DNA from: Naegleria gruberi
Lineage: Eukaryota
DNA length: 64,000 bases
Direction: 5' to 3' (one strand)
Assembly: GCA_000004985.1 (NCBI GenBank)
Contig: GG738887.1
The translations under genes were made by a program, and so were the position numbers. The notes under the pieces were generated by a model, which saw only the letters and a program-made list of their open reading frames with translations, was not told the DNA's origin and did no database searches. Shown one piece after another: positions 1 to 10,566 of the stretch; position 1 is the first letter of the stretch, and every line of letters starts with the position of its first letter.

Positions 1-113
1 TTAAATCAAGATTGGGCAATTGACTACATGAAAGTGATAACTCAACTTCTGTGCTAATATCTTCGGTGGCAACAGTATTTTGAACACCGAGGTTTGTTGG
101 AGCAGAAGAAAGC
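1..113 (-). CDS. Possible 5' end of a minus-strand gene running off the window edge (ATG at 113..111, open frame to position 1)
   Basis: Revcomp of 1..113 reads ATG CTT TCT ... with no stop (MLSSAPTNLGVQNTVATEDISTEVELSLSCSQLPNLDL...); it lies divergent to the downstream + gene. No recognisable domain. Confidence 0.2.
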
Positions 114-726
114 ATCAAAAGAGTTTAGTTTGGGTGAGTTAGTTTGTGTGTAAACCGACGAGAGAACAAAGCTTTAAGCTTTTTTGTTTTTTTTAGAATG
201 GACAAGAAAAATTGCTTGATTTTGGTTATTTTCCAGTATTATCAAGTGGAACCAAGATGGAACACATGAAGAAGAGCATTTCATTGTTTCAATATGAATG
301 ATAAAAATAATAATATTTTGTGGTGGGAATGAAGAATGAACAATTCACTAGGAGGGAGAAAACAAATTAGTGAAGAGTTGTAAAATTTGTTAATCTCAAT
401 TCCGACTACTTTGTTGCATAGTGTTTGTGAACAAAATATTAAGGCGTTTAAAATATAAATAAAAAATGCTGTATTAATGTTTTCGTGATTGAAAACACTT
501 CAATGAGGTATAGAAAAATAATCTCGGAATGTACAGCATGATAATCATACAGGTAATCATTAACCTTATTTAATAACAAAAAATATATTGTTTGATTGTG
601 GATGGCCATTACATTAATAAATCAAGATCTTGTTGATTTCAGCTTCAGTTTGACCTTCATCTCGTGTCCAATATCAATCATCAATCACCAAATATTTTTC
701 TAAACATCAAAAAAAAAACATTAGGA

Positions 727-3700
727 ATGTGTAAGTAATTAACAACCCTAACATCAGTCATTAATCACCCAATAATCAAATAATCCATCCTGTTGATTAG
801 CAAGTGATATTAAAGGAACATTGACCAAGATTAAAGGTGGTAGTGTTCAAAATCGTTTGGCAGCCATTGGTGCTTTATTTTCTTTAGCATCAGATGATGA
901 TATTAGAGAGGAAATTAGAAATATGGGAGGAATTGGTACTCTTGTTGGATGTTTAGAGGATAATTCTGATCCACGTATTCCTAGACAAGCCTGTGGTGCT
1001 CTCTTGTAAGTTTTTTATTACCAACTAATTTACTTACATAATAATTATTTAATATTATAATTATAATAATTATTAATTGAATGATGATTGTTTATTTATA
1101 TTATATCTATCTAGAAACATGGCAAATGATGATCAATGTAGAGAGGAAATTCGTGATTATGGTGGTGTTGAATTGATGCTCAAGCTTATTGAAAATCAAT
1201 TCAAAGATGCAACCAGTGTTGAATATGCTACAGGTGCCTTGCTAAATTTGAGCTCTGACGATGACACTAGAGAAATGGTTAGAGAAGCTGATGGTGCTCG
1301 TATTTTGGCTCGTTGCTTGTCTGATGCTCCAAGTGAAGAATCTAGAAGAAACTCTGTTGGTGCCATTGCTCAATTGTGCTTTGATCAAGAATTTACTAAA
1401 CAATTGGTTTCTGGAGATGCTTTGAAACACATTGTTGAATGTTTAAACTCAAGTGATGAAGAAACCAGAAACAGGACCTCAGGTTGTATCTGGAATTTGA
1501 GTGTTACTGCTGATGAAACTAGAGAAGCTTTGGCTCGTGAAGGTTGTTTGGAAAGTTTGGTCAATTTATTGCAAAAAAGTGAGGATGTTAATGAAGATCC
1601 TGAAACTGTTGGTAATTGTGTAATGTAAGTTTTATATAATTATATAGAAATATTCTAATTTTAACATTTTACAATAATTACTATTGCACTACATTATATT
1701 GTCAAATGTATGATGTTTAAACAGGTGTCTTTCAATTTTAAGTTCAAATGACATGGTTGCTGAAACTTTACGTGAAATGGACGGATGTTTCGAAATGATT
1801 ATTAAATTATTGAGTAATTCTGATTCTACTATTGCTCAAAATGCTGCGGCTGCCGTTTGGAATTTGGCTCACAATGATGATAACAAGAAGGTTTTGGCCA
1901 ATTTGGACACAATGGCATCTTTGATTCCACTTTTGGATTCTTTCAACTCTGCTTCCGATTGGGAAGCTTTGGAAAAAGTTTTGGGTGCTGTTTTAACTAG
2001 CAGTACCAATGACAATATGGCTGATCAATTCCGTGAAAATTCTGGATTTGGTCCACTCAAGACAATCATTGAAGGCAAGGTTGATCCAACCACTATTCAA
2101 AATGACCAACATAAGAAGTGTGTATTATATGGTATTATTGGATTTGCCGTTTTGGCTTACAATGATAAGAATAAGGATGAGATTCGTGAATGTGGAGCTA
2201 TTGCTGACTTGATTGAATTACTTTCTTTGGAGTATGATGACGATTTACTTGAAAAGGTTACTGCAGCCATTTTGAACTTGACTCACAATATTGAAAATAG
2301 AACAGCCATTCGTAAGCTTGACGGTATTTCAGTTCTTATTGAGCTTCTCTACCATCACAATGAAACCATCTCAATGAACTCTGCTGGTTGTTTGTGGAAT
2401 TTGAGTAACGACGAGGCTTGTAAAGCAGTTATTCGATCTTTGGGTGGTTTAAAGCCATTGTTAGCTTTGATTGGAGGTGGCAAGGTTGAACCACGTTCAA
2501 AGAAGGACAGAAAGATTTCAAAGGAAGCTATTGAAGCTGCCAATCGTCTTGTTGAAGGTGAAGAAGAAGAATCTGAACCAGTTCCAGAAGAAAAATTCGA
2601 TGTTATGGAATTTGTTGAAGACATCTTCAATCCAAAGAAGGACTTTGAAAAGTTGGACGATGAGGATGGATCTTCTGATAAGAAGAAACCTCAAGTCAAC
2701 AGAAATGGTGAACAAAGAACCACTACTGGTGCTGGTGTTGAATATGGTGAAGAAACTGGCATGACTCCTGCCAAGATCATTGTTGGTGCTGCTCGTATCG
2801 ATATTAAGAACAGAAGAAAGGTTGCAGAGGCCGAACGTGAAAAGAAGGAGGCAGAAGAAAGAGAAGCCAGAAGAAAGGAACGTGAAGAAAGAGAACGTGA
2901 AAGAAAACGTAAGGAAGAAGAAGAAAAGAAGAGAAAGGAAGAGGAGGAAAAGAAGAGACAAAAGGAAGAGGAGGAGAGAAAGAAGAAACTTGAAGCCGAA
3001 ATGAAAAAGAAGGCTGAAGAGGAAGCTGAAAAGGAAAGACTCCGTTTGCTTGCTGAAGCTGAACAAACAAAGAATCAACTTAAGGAAGCTTTCAATGCCA
3101 AACACAAGAGAAAGGGTGTTAAGGATGAAGACATTGATTGGGATGAAATCTATGAAGATGGATTCACTCCTTCTGCTACTAAGGATGAAGCCAAGGACAA
3201 GTTGGAAGGTCAAATTGATGAATATTCCAATCTCATTGACCCATTCAATAATAATGGTGTTTATGATCAACTCACTCCTGATGATATCAAATTCATTGAA
3301 AGTGAAATTGAAAGAGCTAAACGTTTCCTCGCTGAAAATCCAAATGCTACCAAGGAACAAATTGATGATGCCAGAAGAGAACTTGATGCCAATGTCAAAC
3401 CAATCATTGAAAGAGCTAAGGCCAGAAAGGTTCTTGGCGACATGACCACCAGCATCAGAGATCGTCTCTTGAATGACTCTGAATTGTTGAACAATTTGAC
3501 TCCTGAAGAAAGAAAGGAATTAGAACAAGCTGTTGCTGAAATGGAACAATGGTTACGTGACCATCCAGATGCTACCAAGGAAGAAATTGAAGAAAAGGAA
3601 CGTGAATTGCTTGCCAAGATTAAGCCAATTTTGGCTCGTGCTGCTACCAGAAATGATTTGGAAAATTATGCTCATGATTTGAGAAAGAAGGCAGCCAATG

Positions 3701-6700
3701 AAGATGATGACATTGATTTTGACTTGTTGGGTGATGAAGATAAGGGTACTTTCCATGATGCTATCAAGGAAATTGAAGATTTCTTACTTGAACATCCAAA
3801 TGCCTCTGCTCAAGATATTGAGGACAAGAAGGATGAAGTCAAGAGGCGCATTGATCCAATCATTAAGAAGGCCAAGGCCAAGAAGGATCTCTTACAATAT
3901 GCTGCTGACATGAGAGATAGATTGAACAATGATCATGATTTGAAGAAGAGACTCACTCCAGAAGAAAAGAGATCTATTGAAACTGCTTTGGATGACTTTG
4001 ACAAGTGGATTAAAAACCATCCAAATGCTGATGCTGAAAGCTTGAACAAGCAAAAACAAAGACTCAAACAAAAGTTGGATCCAATCGTTTCCAGAGCTGA
4101 TGCTCACAACAACTTGGACGAATACATCAACAGAACAAGAAAGAGAATTGATGATAATGATGATTTGGGTGAATTGTTGGATGATGCTGACAAGAGAACT
4201 CTTCAAAAGGAATTGAAGGATGCTGAAGAATTCTTGAAGAAGGTCGAAAAGGAACCAGTCAAATTCACTGCTGAAGAAATCGACAACAAGAAGAAGGAAA
4301 TCAAGGAAAAGCTTGCCCCTCTTATTGAAAAGGCTGAAAAGAGAAGAGAACTCAAGGACTATGCCAGCCAAATTCGTGACATTGCAAGCAATGATAATGA
4401 ACTTGCTGAATTTATCACACCAAAGGAAAGAAAGTTGCTCGAAAATGAGGCTAAGGAACTTTCTGACTGGGTAAAAAACAATAAGAAGGCCACTCCTCAA
4501 CAAGTTGAAGAGAGAAGAAAGAAGGCTGAAGAAAAGGTTCAACCAATCTTGGATAATGCCAATCAAAGAAAGGCTCTCAAGGAAACTGTTCAAAGATTGA
4601 GAGATCGTTTGAATGATGACAAGTATGTCGAAAAGTTGAAACCAGAAGAAAAGAAGGCTCTCAAGGATGCTGCTGATGAATTGGCCAACTTTTTGGCTAA
4701 GAATCCAGAAGCTTCTGCCAAGGAAATTGAACAACAAAGAGAAAAGACCAATGAAAAGGTTCTTCCAATCTTGGACAGAGTTAGAGAACAAATCTCACTC
4801 GAAAATCATGTTAACAATGTTAGAGATAAGGTTAGAGATGATCCAGCATTGAACAAATTCTTATCTGATAAGGAGAAGAAGGCCATTGAAAAGGCTGCTC
4901 AAGATGTTGAAAAAGTCCTTGCTAGTAAACCATCCATTAAGGATACCAAGAAGGCAAGAGAAGATTTCAATGATGCTGTCAAGCCTCTCCTTGAAAATGC
5001 TGCTGCTAGATCTAAACTTGCAATCTATGGTGATAAGGTTTTGGATGATGTCTTGTCTGATCCACATACAAGTGATAAGGATAAGGAAGCTGTCAAGAAG
5101 GCAAAGAAGGAATTGATTGATGACTTTTTGGCTAAGAATCCAGATGCCACTAAGGAACAACTTGATCAACAAAGAAAGAAGTTCGATGAAGCTGTTGCTC
5201 CAATCACTGATCGTATTAATAAGAAGAAGGAATTGGAAAGAAAGATCAATGATATCAAGAGAAAGTTGGATGATCCAGATTCTGCAATCTGTTCAAAGGC
5301 AACCCCAGAAGAAAGACAATATTTGGCCTCAAAGGTTGATGAATTGTCTAAATTCTTGAAGGAAAATCCAAATGCCTCTGCTAAACAATTGGAAGAAAAG
5401 ATTAACGAATTCAACTCTCAAGTCGAACCAATTGCCAAGACATGCGAAAAGAGAGACCAATTAGAAAAGCAAGCAAACACTATCAGAGACAGATTAGTTG
5501 ATCCAAATGACGATCTCAACAAGTATATGAGTGAATCTGAGAAGACTCAACTCAGAGACGCTACCAATGAAGCTCTTCGTTTCTTGGAAAAGAATCCATC
5601 TTGCTCATCCTCAGAAGTTGCTCAAGCCAAGAAGAAATTGGACGATAAGACCAAGGAATTGGTTGAAAAGGCCAAGGCTAAGGGTGGTTTGTATAAGAGA
5701 GCTGGTGGACTTCTTTCTGATGTTAACAATTATGGTGAAGGCGGTCTTGGAGGTAAATTGAACAGTGTTGAAAAGAGCGAAATTGCTGATAAATGCAATG
5801 ATATCATCAATCACTTGAACAAGAATCCAAACCTCTCAACCAAGCAAATCAAGGAAAAGGAGAAGGAACTCAACAAGGTTGTTGCTCCAATTCTTGATAA
5901 GATCAGAGAAAGAGACAATCTCCGTGAAATTATTAATGGTATTCGTGATCAAATCTTCAATATTGATGATAAACTTGAAGATGACAAGTCAGATGCTTCC
6001 TCTGATTCTGACAGTGATCGTGAAGATTTGGAAGATTTATTGGATGGACCAATCAAGAAGTCTAAGGCTCAAAGAGATGAAAAGGGTAAGACCGACAAGT
6101 TGGGTAACTTCTTGTCCAACGAGGAAAAGAAGAAGATTGACGAAACTACCAAACAAGCATTGCAAGCTATTGATTCTGATCCAAATCTTTCAGTCTCTGA
6201 CTTGAAGGAACAAGCAAGAAACCTCAAGCAAGACACTGAAAATATCTTGAAGGCTGCCAAGACCAGATCTGATCTCAACGACTATTTGAATAACATTCGT
6301 GAACAAGTCAAGGATGAAGATGGTATGATTGCTAATCACTTGAGTGAAAAGGATAAGAAGTTGATTGATGAAACTATTAATGAAGCACTCAACTGGTTGA
6401 ATAAGGAAGGTGCTAATGCTACACCAGAAGCCGTTGAAAAGAAGAAGAAACAAGTTATGGACAAGATTGATCCAGTCATTCGTAATGCCAAGCAAAGAGG
6501 TGAATTGGAATCAATTGCTAACAAGGTTAAGCAACGTTTAGAAGATGATGTTGATTTGACATCAGCTCTCAGTGAAAAGGACAAGAAGGCATTACATGAT
6601 GAAGTTCAAGAAATTCTTGATTTCTTGAAGAAGAATCCTAATGCTACTCCTGAACAAATTCAACAAAAGAAGAAGCAATTCGAGGAAAGAGTTCTTCCAA

Positions 6701-8871
6701 TTCTTGAAAAGGCTGAAGCCAGAAACAAGTTGAAGGATTTGACCAATGAACTCCGTACCAGACTCTATGATGAAGATGATCTTGGAAACAAGCTCAGTGA
6801 AGCTGATAAGAAGAAGGTTGAAAAGTTGATTGATGAAGCTGTTGACTTTTTGGAAACTAATCCAGATGCTTCAAAGGAAAAGATTGATCAAAAGAGACAT
6901 GCTTTGGAATCCAATGTCATGCCAATTATCAAGAAGGCTGAAAAGGCCAAGAAGGCTGCTGACTATGCATCTGCAATTAGAGACAATTTGGAAAATGATT
7001 CTCTCCTTAAGGATGCTCTCACTCAAGAAGAAAAGAAATTGATTGATACTCACACCAAGGATTTGCTTGACTGGATTGAAAAGAATGCAGCCACTGCTAC
7101 TTCTAATGAAATTAGTGATAAGGAAAGACAATGTAAGGAAAAGGTTGATCCAATCCTCAATAAGGCCAAGGCAAGAAATGCTCTCAAGGAAGATATTGAA
7201 AAGTTGTATGAAAAGTTGAATGATGAAAACAAGCACAAGTTCTCTGAAAAGGAAAAGAAGGCCATTCTCGATGAAATCAATAAGGCCAATGACTACCTTG
7301 ATACAGTTGCCAAGAATCCAAATACCACTTCTGATGATATTGAAAAGAAGAGAAACGAATTGAAGATTGCCACTCAACCATTGGTTCAAAAGGCCAAACA
7401 AAGAAAGGAATTGCAAGAATATGCTGCAGGTGTTCGTGATAAACTCCAAAATGATAGCAAGCTCACCTCTCGTATGACTCCAGAAGAAAAGAAGACCCTT
7501 GATAATGCTGCTAAGGAAGCTCTTGACTGGGTCAACAAACATGGTGATGATGCCTCATTGAATGATTTGAAGGAAAAGTTGCGTCAAACTAAAGCTAAGG
7601 TTGAAGCTACTATGCAACGTGCTGAGAAACATCAAAAGTTGGAAGATATGGCCAACAAGATCAAGGATAAGGTTGAAGGTGATTTGAAGGACTGCATGTC
7701 TTCAGAAGAAAAGAAGACTGTTCTCCAAGAAGTTCAAAAGACTCTCGATTGGTTGAACAAGAATAAGACTGCTCCAATTGGTGAAGTTGAAGCTCAACAA
7801 AGAGCTCTCGAAAATAAGATTGCTCCAATTATGGAAAAGGCTCAAACCAAGAAGGATTTGGCTGACTTTGCTAATACTGTTAGAGACAGATTGAAGAATG
7901 ATAAGGAACTTGCCAGTCTCTTGTCAGCTGAAGAAAAGAAGGCCATCAATGATGCTGTCCAAGAAACTCTTGATTGGTTGAACAAGAATCCAAATGCTTC
8001 TCTTGCTGAGTTGAAGGATAGAAAGAAGAAATTGGAAGATGTTGTTAACAATGTTCTTGGTGATAAGGAAGCTGCTGAAAACTTTAGAAATTATGCTGAA
8101 AAGGTTTTGGAAGTCTTGAAGAAGAATAAGCAAGTTCAAAAGGACTTGACTGATGAAGAAAAGCGTGCCATTCAAGACTTTGCTGAAGAAGCCAGAGATT
8201 GGTTATTAGAAAATCCAAATGCCACTGCCAGACAAATCAGAATGGAAAAGAAGAGATTGGAAGAAAAGTTGGGCAAGATTAAGAAATTCAAATTTGAAAT
8301 TCCTGCCACTCACTACATTGGTAACTTCTCAGAACGTACCAGATGGGGTGATGACAGTAAGCGTACCAAAGATATCAACTCATTATTGGGTTCATACATT
8401 AAGAAGGGTGACAAGGTTGCTACTACTCCTGTCAAGCCAACAGCCACCTCTACTCCAACAAAGACTCCACAAAGAAATTTGAAACCAGTTGCCACTCCAA
8501 AGAAGCTCACCAAGGAAGAAGAAGAAGAAATGAAATTGTTCGATACCATGAAGTTCAATAAGGGTGGTTTGATTCAAGCTAAATTACAAAGTCTCATGGG
8601 AAGTGTTGGCTCTGCAAGTGCTGTCAGCGGTTCAGTTGTTGAAGAAGAAGAAGAACCAGCTGTTGTTTATCCATACTCTGAATTGAAGAATAACAAGCAA
8701 AAGAAGTATCCATCAGGTATTGACATTAACAAGAGAGAACAATACTTGAGCAATGATGAATTCCAACAAATTTTCAAGATGTCTCGTGATGAATTCAAAA
8801 ACTTGCCAGAATTCAGACAAACCAAATTGAAGAGAGATGCTGAATTATTTGCCTATGCTTATGAACTTTAA
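727..8871 (+). CDS. Giant armadillo-repeat / E-R-K helix / about 22 Hsp70-C-terminal-lid-like tandem modules / villin-headpiece protein (about 2621 aa); join(727..730,801..1005,1115..1624,1725..8871)
   Basis: Rebuilt from track ORFs 821..1009, 1077..1628 and 1753..8871. The first exon is ATGT, followed by a GTAAGT donor at 731; acceptors are TAG 798-800, TAG 1112-1114 and CAG 1722-1724; further donors are GTAAGT at 1006 and 1625. All junctions keep frame (7866 nt) and give GALL|NMANDD and GNCVM|CLSIL. The N-terminus has ARM-type motifs (GALLNLS, WNLS, IREEIR). An E/R/K-rich block follows (ERKKEREERERERKRKEEEEKKRK). The repeated module fits the pattern L..YA..IRD.L..D..L...L...EKK.I......L..WL..NPNA...EI..K..EL.....PI..KA. 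The C-terminus reads YPYSELKNNKQKKYPSGIDINKREQYLSNDEFQQIFKMSRDEFKNLPEFRQTKLKRDAELF, close to the villin headpiece [35 protein letters not shown]. Confidence 0.75.
3250..8290 (+). repeat. Coding tandem array: about 22 diverged copies of a ~198-nt (66-aa) unit inside the giant gene
   Basis: The NPNA(T/S)..E.I motif recurs at a 63-70 aa spacing, seen as ENPNATKEQIDDARRELDANVKPI, DHPDATKEEIEEKERELLAKIKPI, EHPNASAQDIEDKKDEVKRRIDPI, KNPDATKEQLDQQRKKFDEAVAPI, KNPNATPEQIQQKKKQFEERVLPI and so on. Copies are diverged at the nucleotide level. Confidence 0.8.
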
Positions 8872-9028
8872 ATAAATTAATTGTGTTCAATTAATTCCCT
8901 TGAACAATCTTATAACAATTTTTCACACGTGTGAATAATATCAATTTTCCATAATTATAAACAAAATTTCAACTTCAACAAACAATTAATTTTCTAATTG
9001 ATTGAAATTTTTAAATTCCTCAAAAAAA

Positions 9029-10522
9029 ATGCAAAACTCTAAAATTTTAAATTCCTCTTCATCGTTAGGGAGAAAATTGTTCATCAAAAAGTTTCAACCT
9101 TTCGGAACAACTTGTTCGTATAATAATAGTAACAAATCAACATCCCTTCTTCAACAACAATATCAACAAGAACAAACATTAAATTTTTCATCATCGAAAT
9201 GTACTCTCCGAAAGAAGAATTTCAGCGAGAAGAATATAACCACTATTATTAAAGTTAAATATGATCCTAGAAAGGATGCTACTCCACGTAAACATATTAT
9301 TGAAGGAAAATTCCATCAAGACCACGCAGAAAAGACACAAGAATCTATTCAACAATTTAATCAAGTACTTTCTCAAGTAGATGTTGATAGAATTACAAAG
9401 GAATATTTAACTCAATTAAAAGAAAGAGAGGAATTTATAAAGAATTATCGAGAGAAAATTGTTAAAAAGCTTTCCGAAGAGGAAAATCTCTTCTTTTCAA
9501 ACATGATGGATATGGAATACATGAAGAAGGCTAAAACATTTTTGAAGGATTTGGGTATTGAAGAAATTCCTATTGAACAGTTTGTTAAAGCAATGACTCA
9601 TATTAGTTTTGTTCCTCCTTCTGCTGATACAATGCAAAATCCGAGTGTTCTTGGACAATGTAATGATGAATATCAACCTATGGGAGGTCAATTATTTACA
9701 ACATTGTGTAACAAGTTTATGTACATGTTTTTGAGATATAGAGAATTTAAGAATAATAGTTCTGAAAAGAATTTGAGATGGTTTTTAGAAGATGCTCTCA
9801 ATATTGAAAAGAGAGGATCTGAATTTGAAATTCAATTTAATTATTTTAATAGATTGAGAAATGATGTGTTGCACCATGTTTCTAAGGAGATTGGTCTCAC
9901 AGATTTTGTTTTGTTTGATACCAATCGATTGACAATTGAAGCACCTCCTTTGAGTAATATTGAAGTGGACGAACCTTTGGATCCAGAAGCTAAGCAATAT
10001 ATTAAACCTAAGGAAGCTGTTCCAGTAGGATATCAATTGGAAGTTATGTCTAATGCAAGTGCTGTTAGATCTTTACTCTATCTCATTGAACATCACTATA
10101 ATTTTGATAAGGTTTCAACAGTGTTTGAACAATTCATGATACCCAAACTTGCAGAATACATACAGAAGGAAACAACAGTTCTCAGAGAAGATGTTCACTA
10201 TCCTCAATTATTGCAAACTTATTTGGATAAGCATACTGAAATGAAGGACAAATTCTACCTCGAATATAGATTCATCACCCAATTTATTGATGAAGATAAC
10301 AAGAAGAGAGTGCAAGTAGGTCTATTTGTAAATGATCAACAGTGGGGAAGTGAATTGGCTCCAAACTTTACAGAGGCTAAATTTATTTTGGCAAAGAAGT
10401 ATTATGATTTGTTCACAACCAATCCAGTAATGTTGAGAAAACTGGTGGAACAACTTGCCAATGTCAACTATATCTATTCTCTTGAAAAATTGACAGGAGC
10501 AAGAGATCAAAAAAAGAAATAA
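9029..10522 (+). CDS. Hypothetical N-rich protein (498 aa); basic N-terminus could be a mitochondrial presequence
   Basis: Uninterrupted ORF. ATG at 9029 sits in an aaaaaaaATG context (the track start at 9002 is a TTG). The N-terminus MQNSKILNSSSSLGRKLFIKKFQPFG is basic and hydroxylated with no acidic residues. I recognise no family with confidence. Confidence 0.5.
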   Translation: MQNSKILNSSSSLGRKLFIKKFQPFGTTCSYNNSNKSTSLLQQQYQQEQTLNFSSSKCTLRKKNFSEKNITTIIKVKYDPRKDATPRKHIIEGKFHQDHAEKTQESIQQFNQVLSQVDVDRITKEYLTQLKEREEFIKNYREKIVKKLSEEENLFFSNMMDMEYMKKAKTFLKDLGIEEIPIEQFVKAMTHISFVPPSADTMQNPSVLGQCNDEYQPMGGQLFTTLCNKFMYMFLRYREFKNNSSEKNLRWFLEDALNIEKRGSEFEIQFNYFNRLRNDVLHHVSKEIGLTDFVLFDTNRLTIEAPPLSNIEVDEPLDPEAKQYIKPKEAVPVGYQLEVMSNASAVRSLLYLIEHHYNFDKVSTVFEQFMIPKLAEYIQKETTVLREDVHYPQLLQTYLDKHTEMKDKFYLEYRFITQFIDEDNKKRVQVGLFVNDQQWGSELAPNFTEAKFILAKKYYDLFTTNPVMLRKLVEQLANVNYIYSLEKLTGARDQKKK

Positions 10523-10566
10523 ATTATTTCATAAATAGGTGCTTAGTGGTTTTAAATCGTATACTG

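Noticed and set aside
2518-7542. Many long minus-strand and alternate-frame ORFs (for example 2518..3360, 2804..3070, 3892..4791, 4861..5172, 6871..7542) overlapping the giant + gene
   Set aside because: They are low-complexity mirror or shifted frames of GAA/AAG-rich coding repeats (poly-F/L/S products) with no domain content. The + frame carries the conserved repeat motif and recognisable domains.
9002-9028. Track start codons at 9002, 32055-end M, 43446, 56367 and 61527 (upstream extensions of several genes)
   Set aside because: The ORF finder uses TTG/GTG or far-upstream ATGs. In each case a downstream ATG in an A-rich context, or at the conserved protein N-terminus, is more plausible for a eukaryotic gene.
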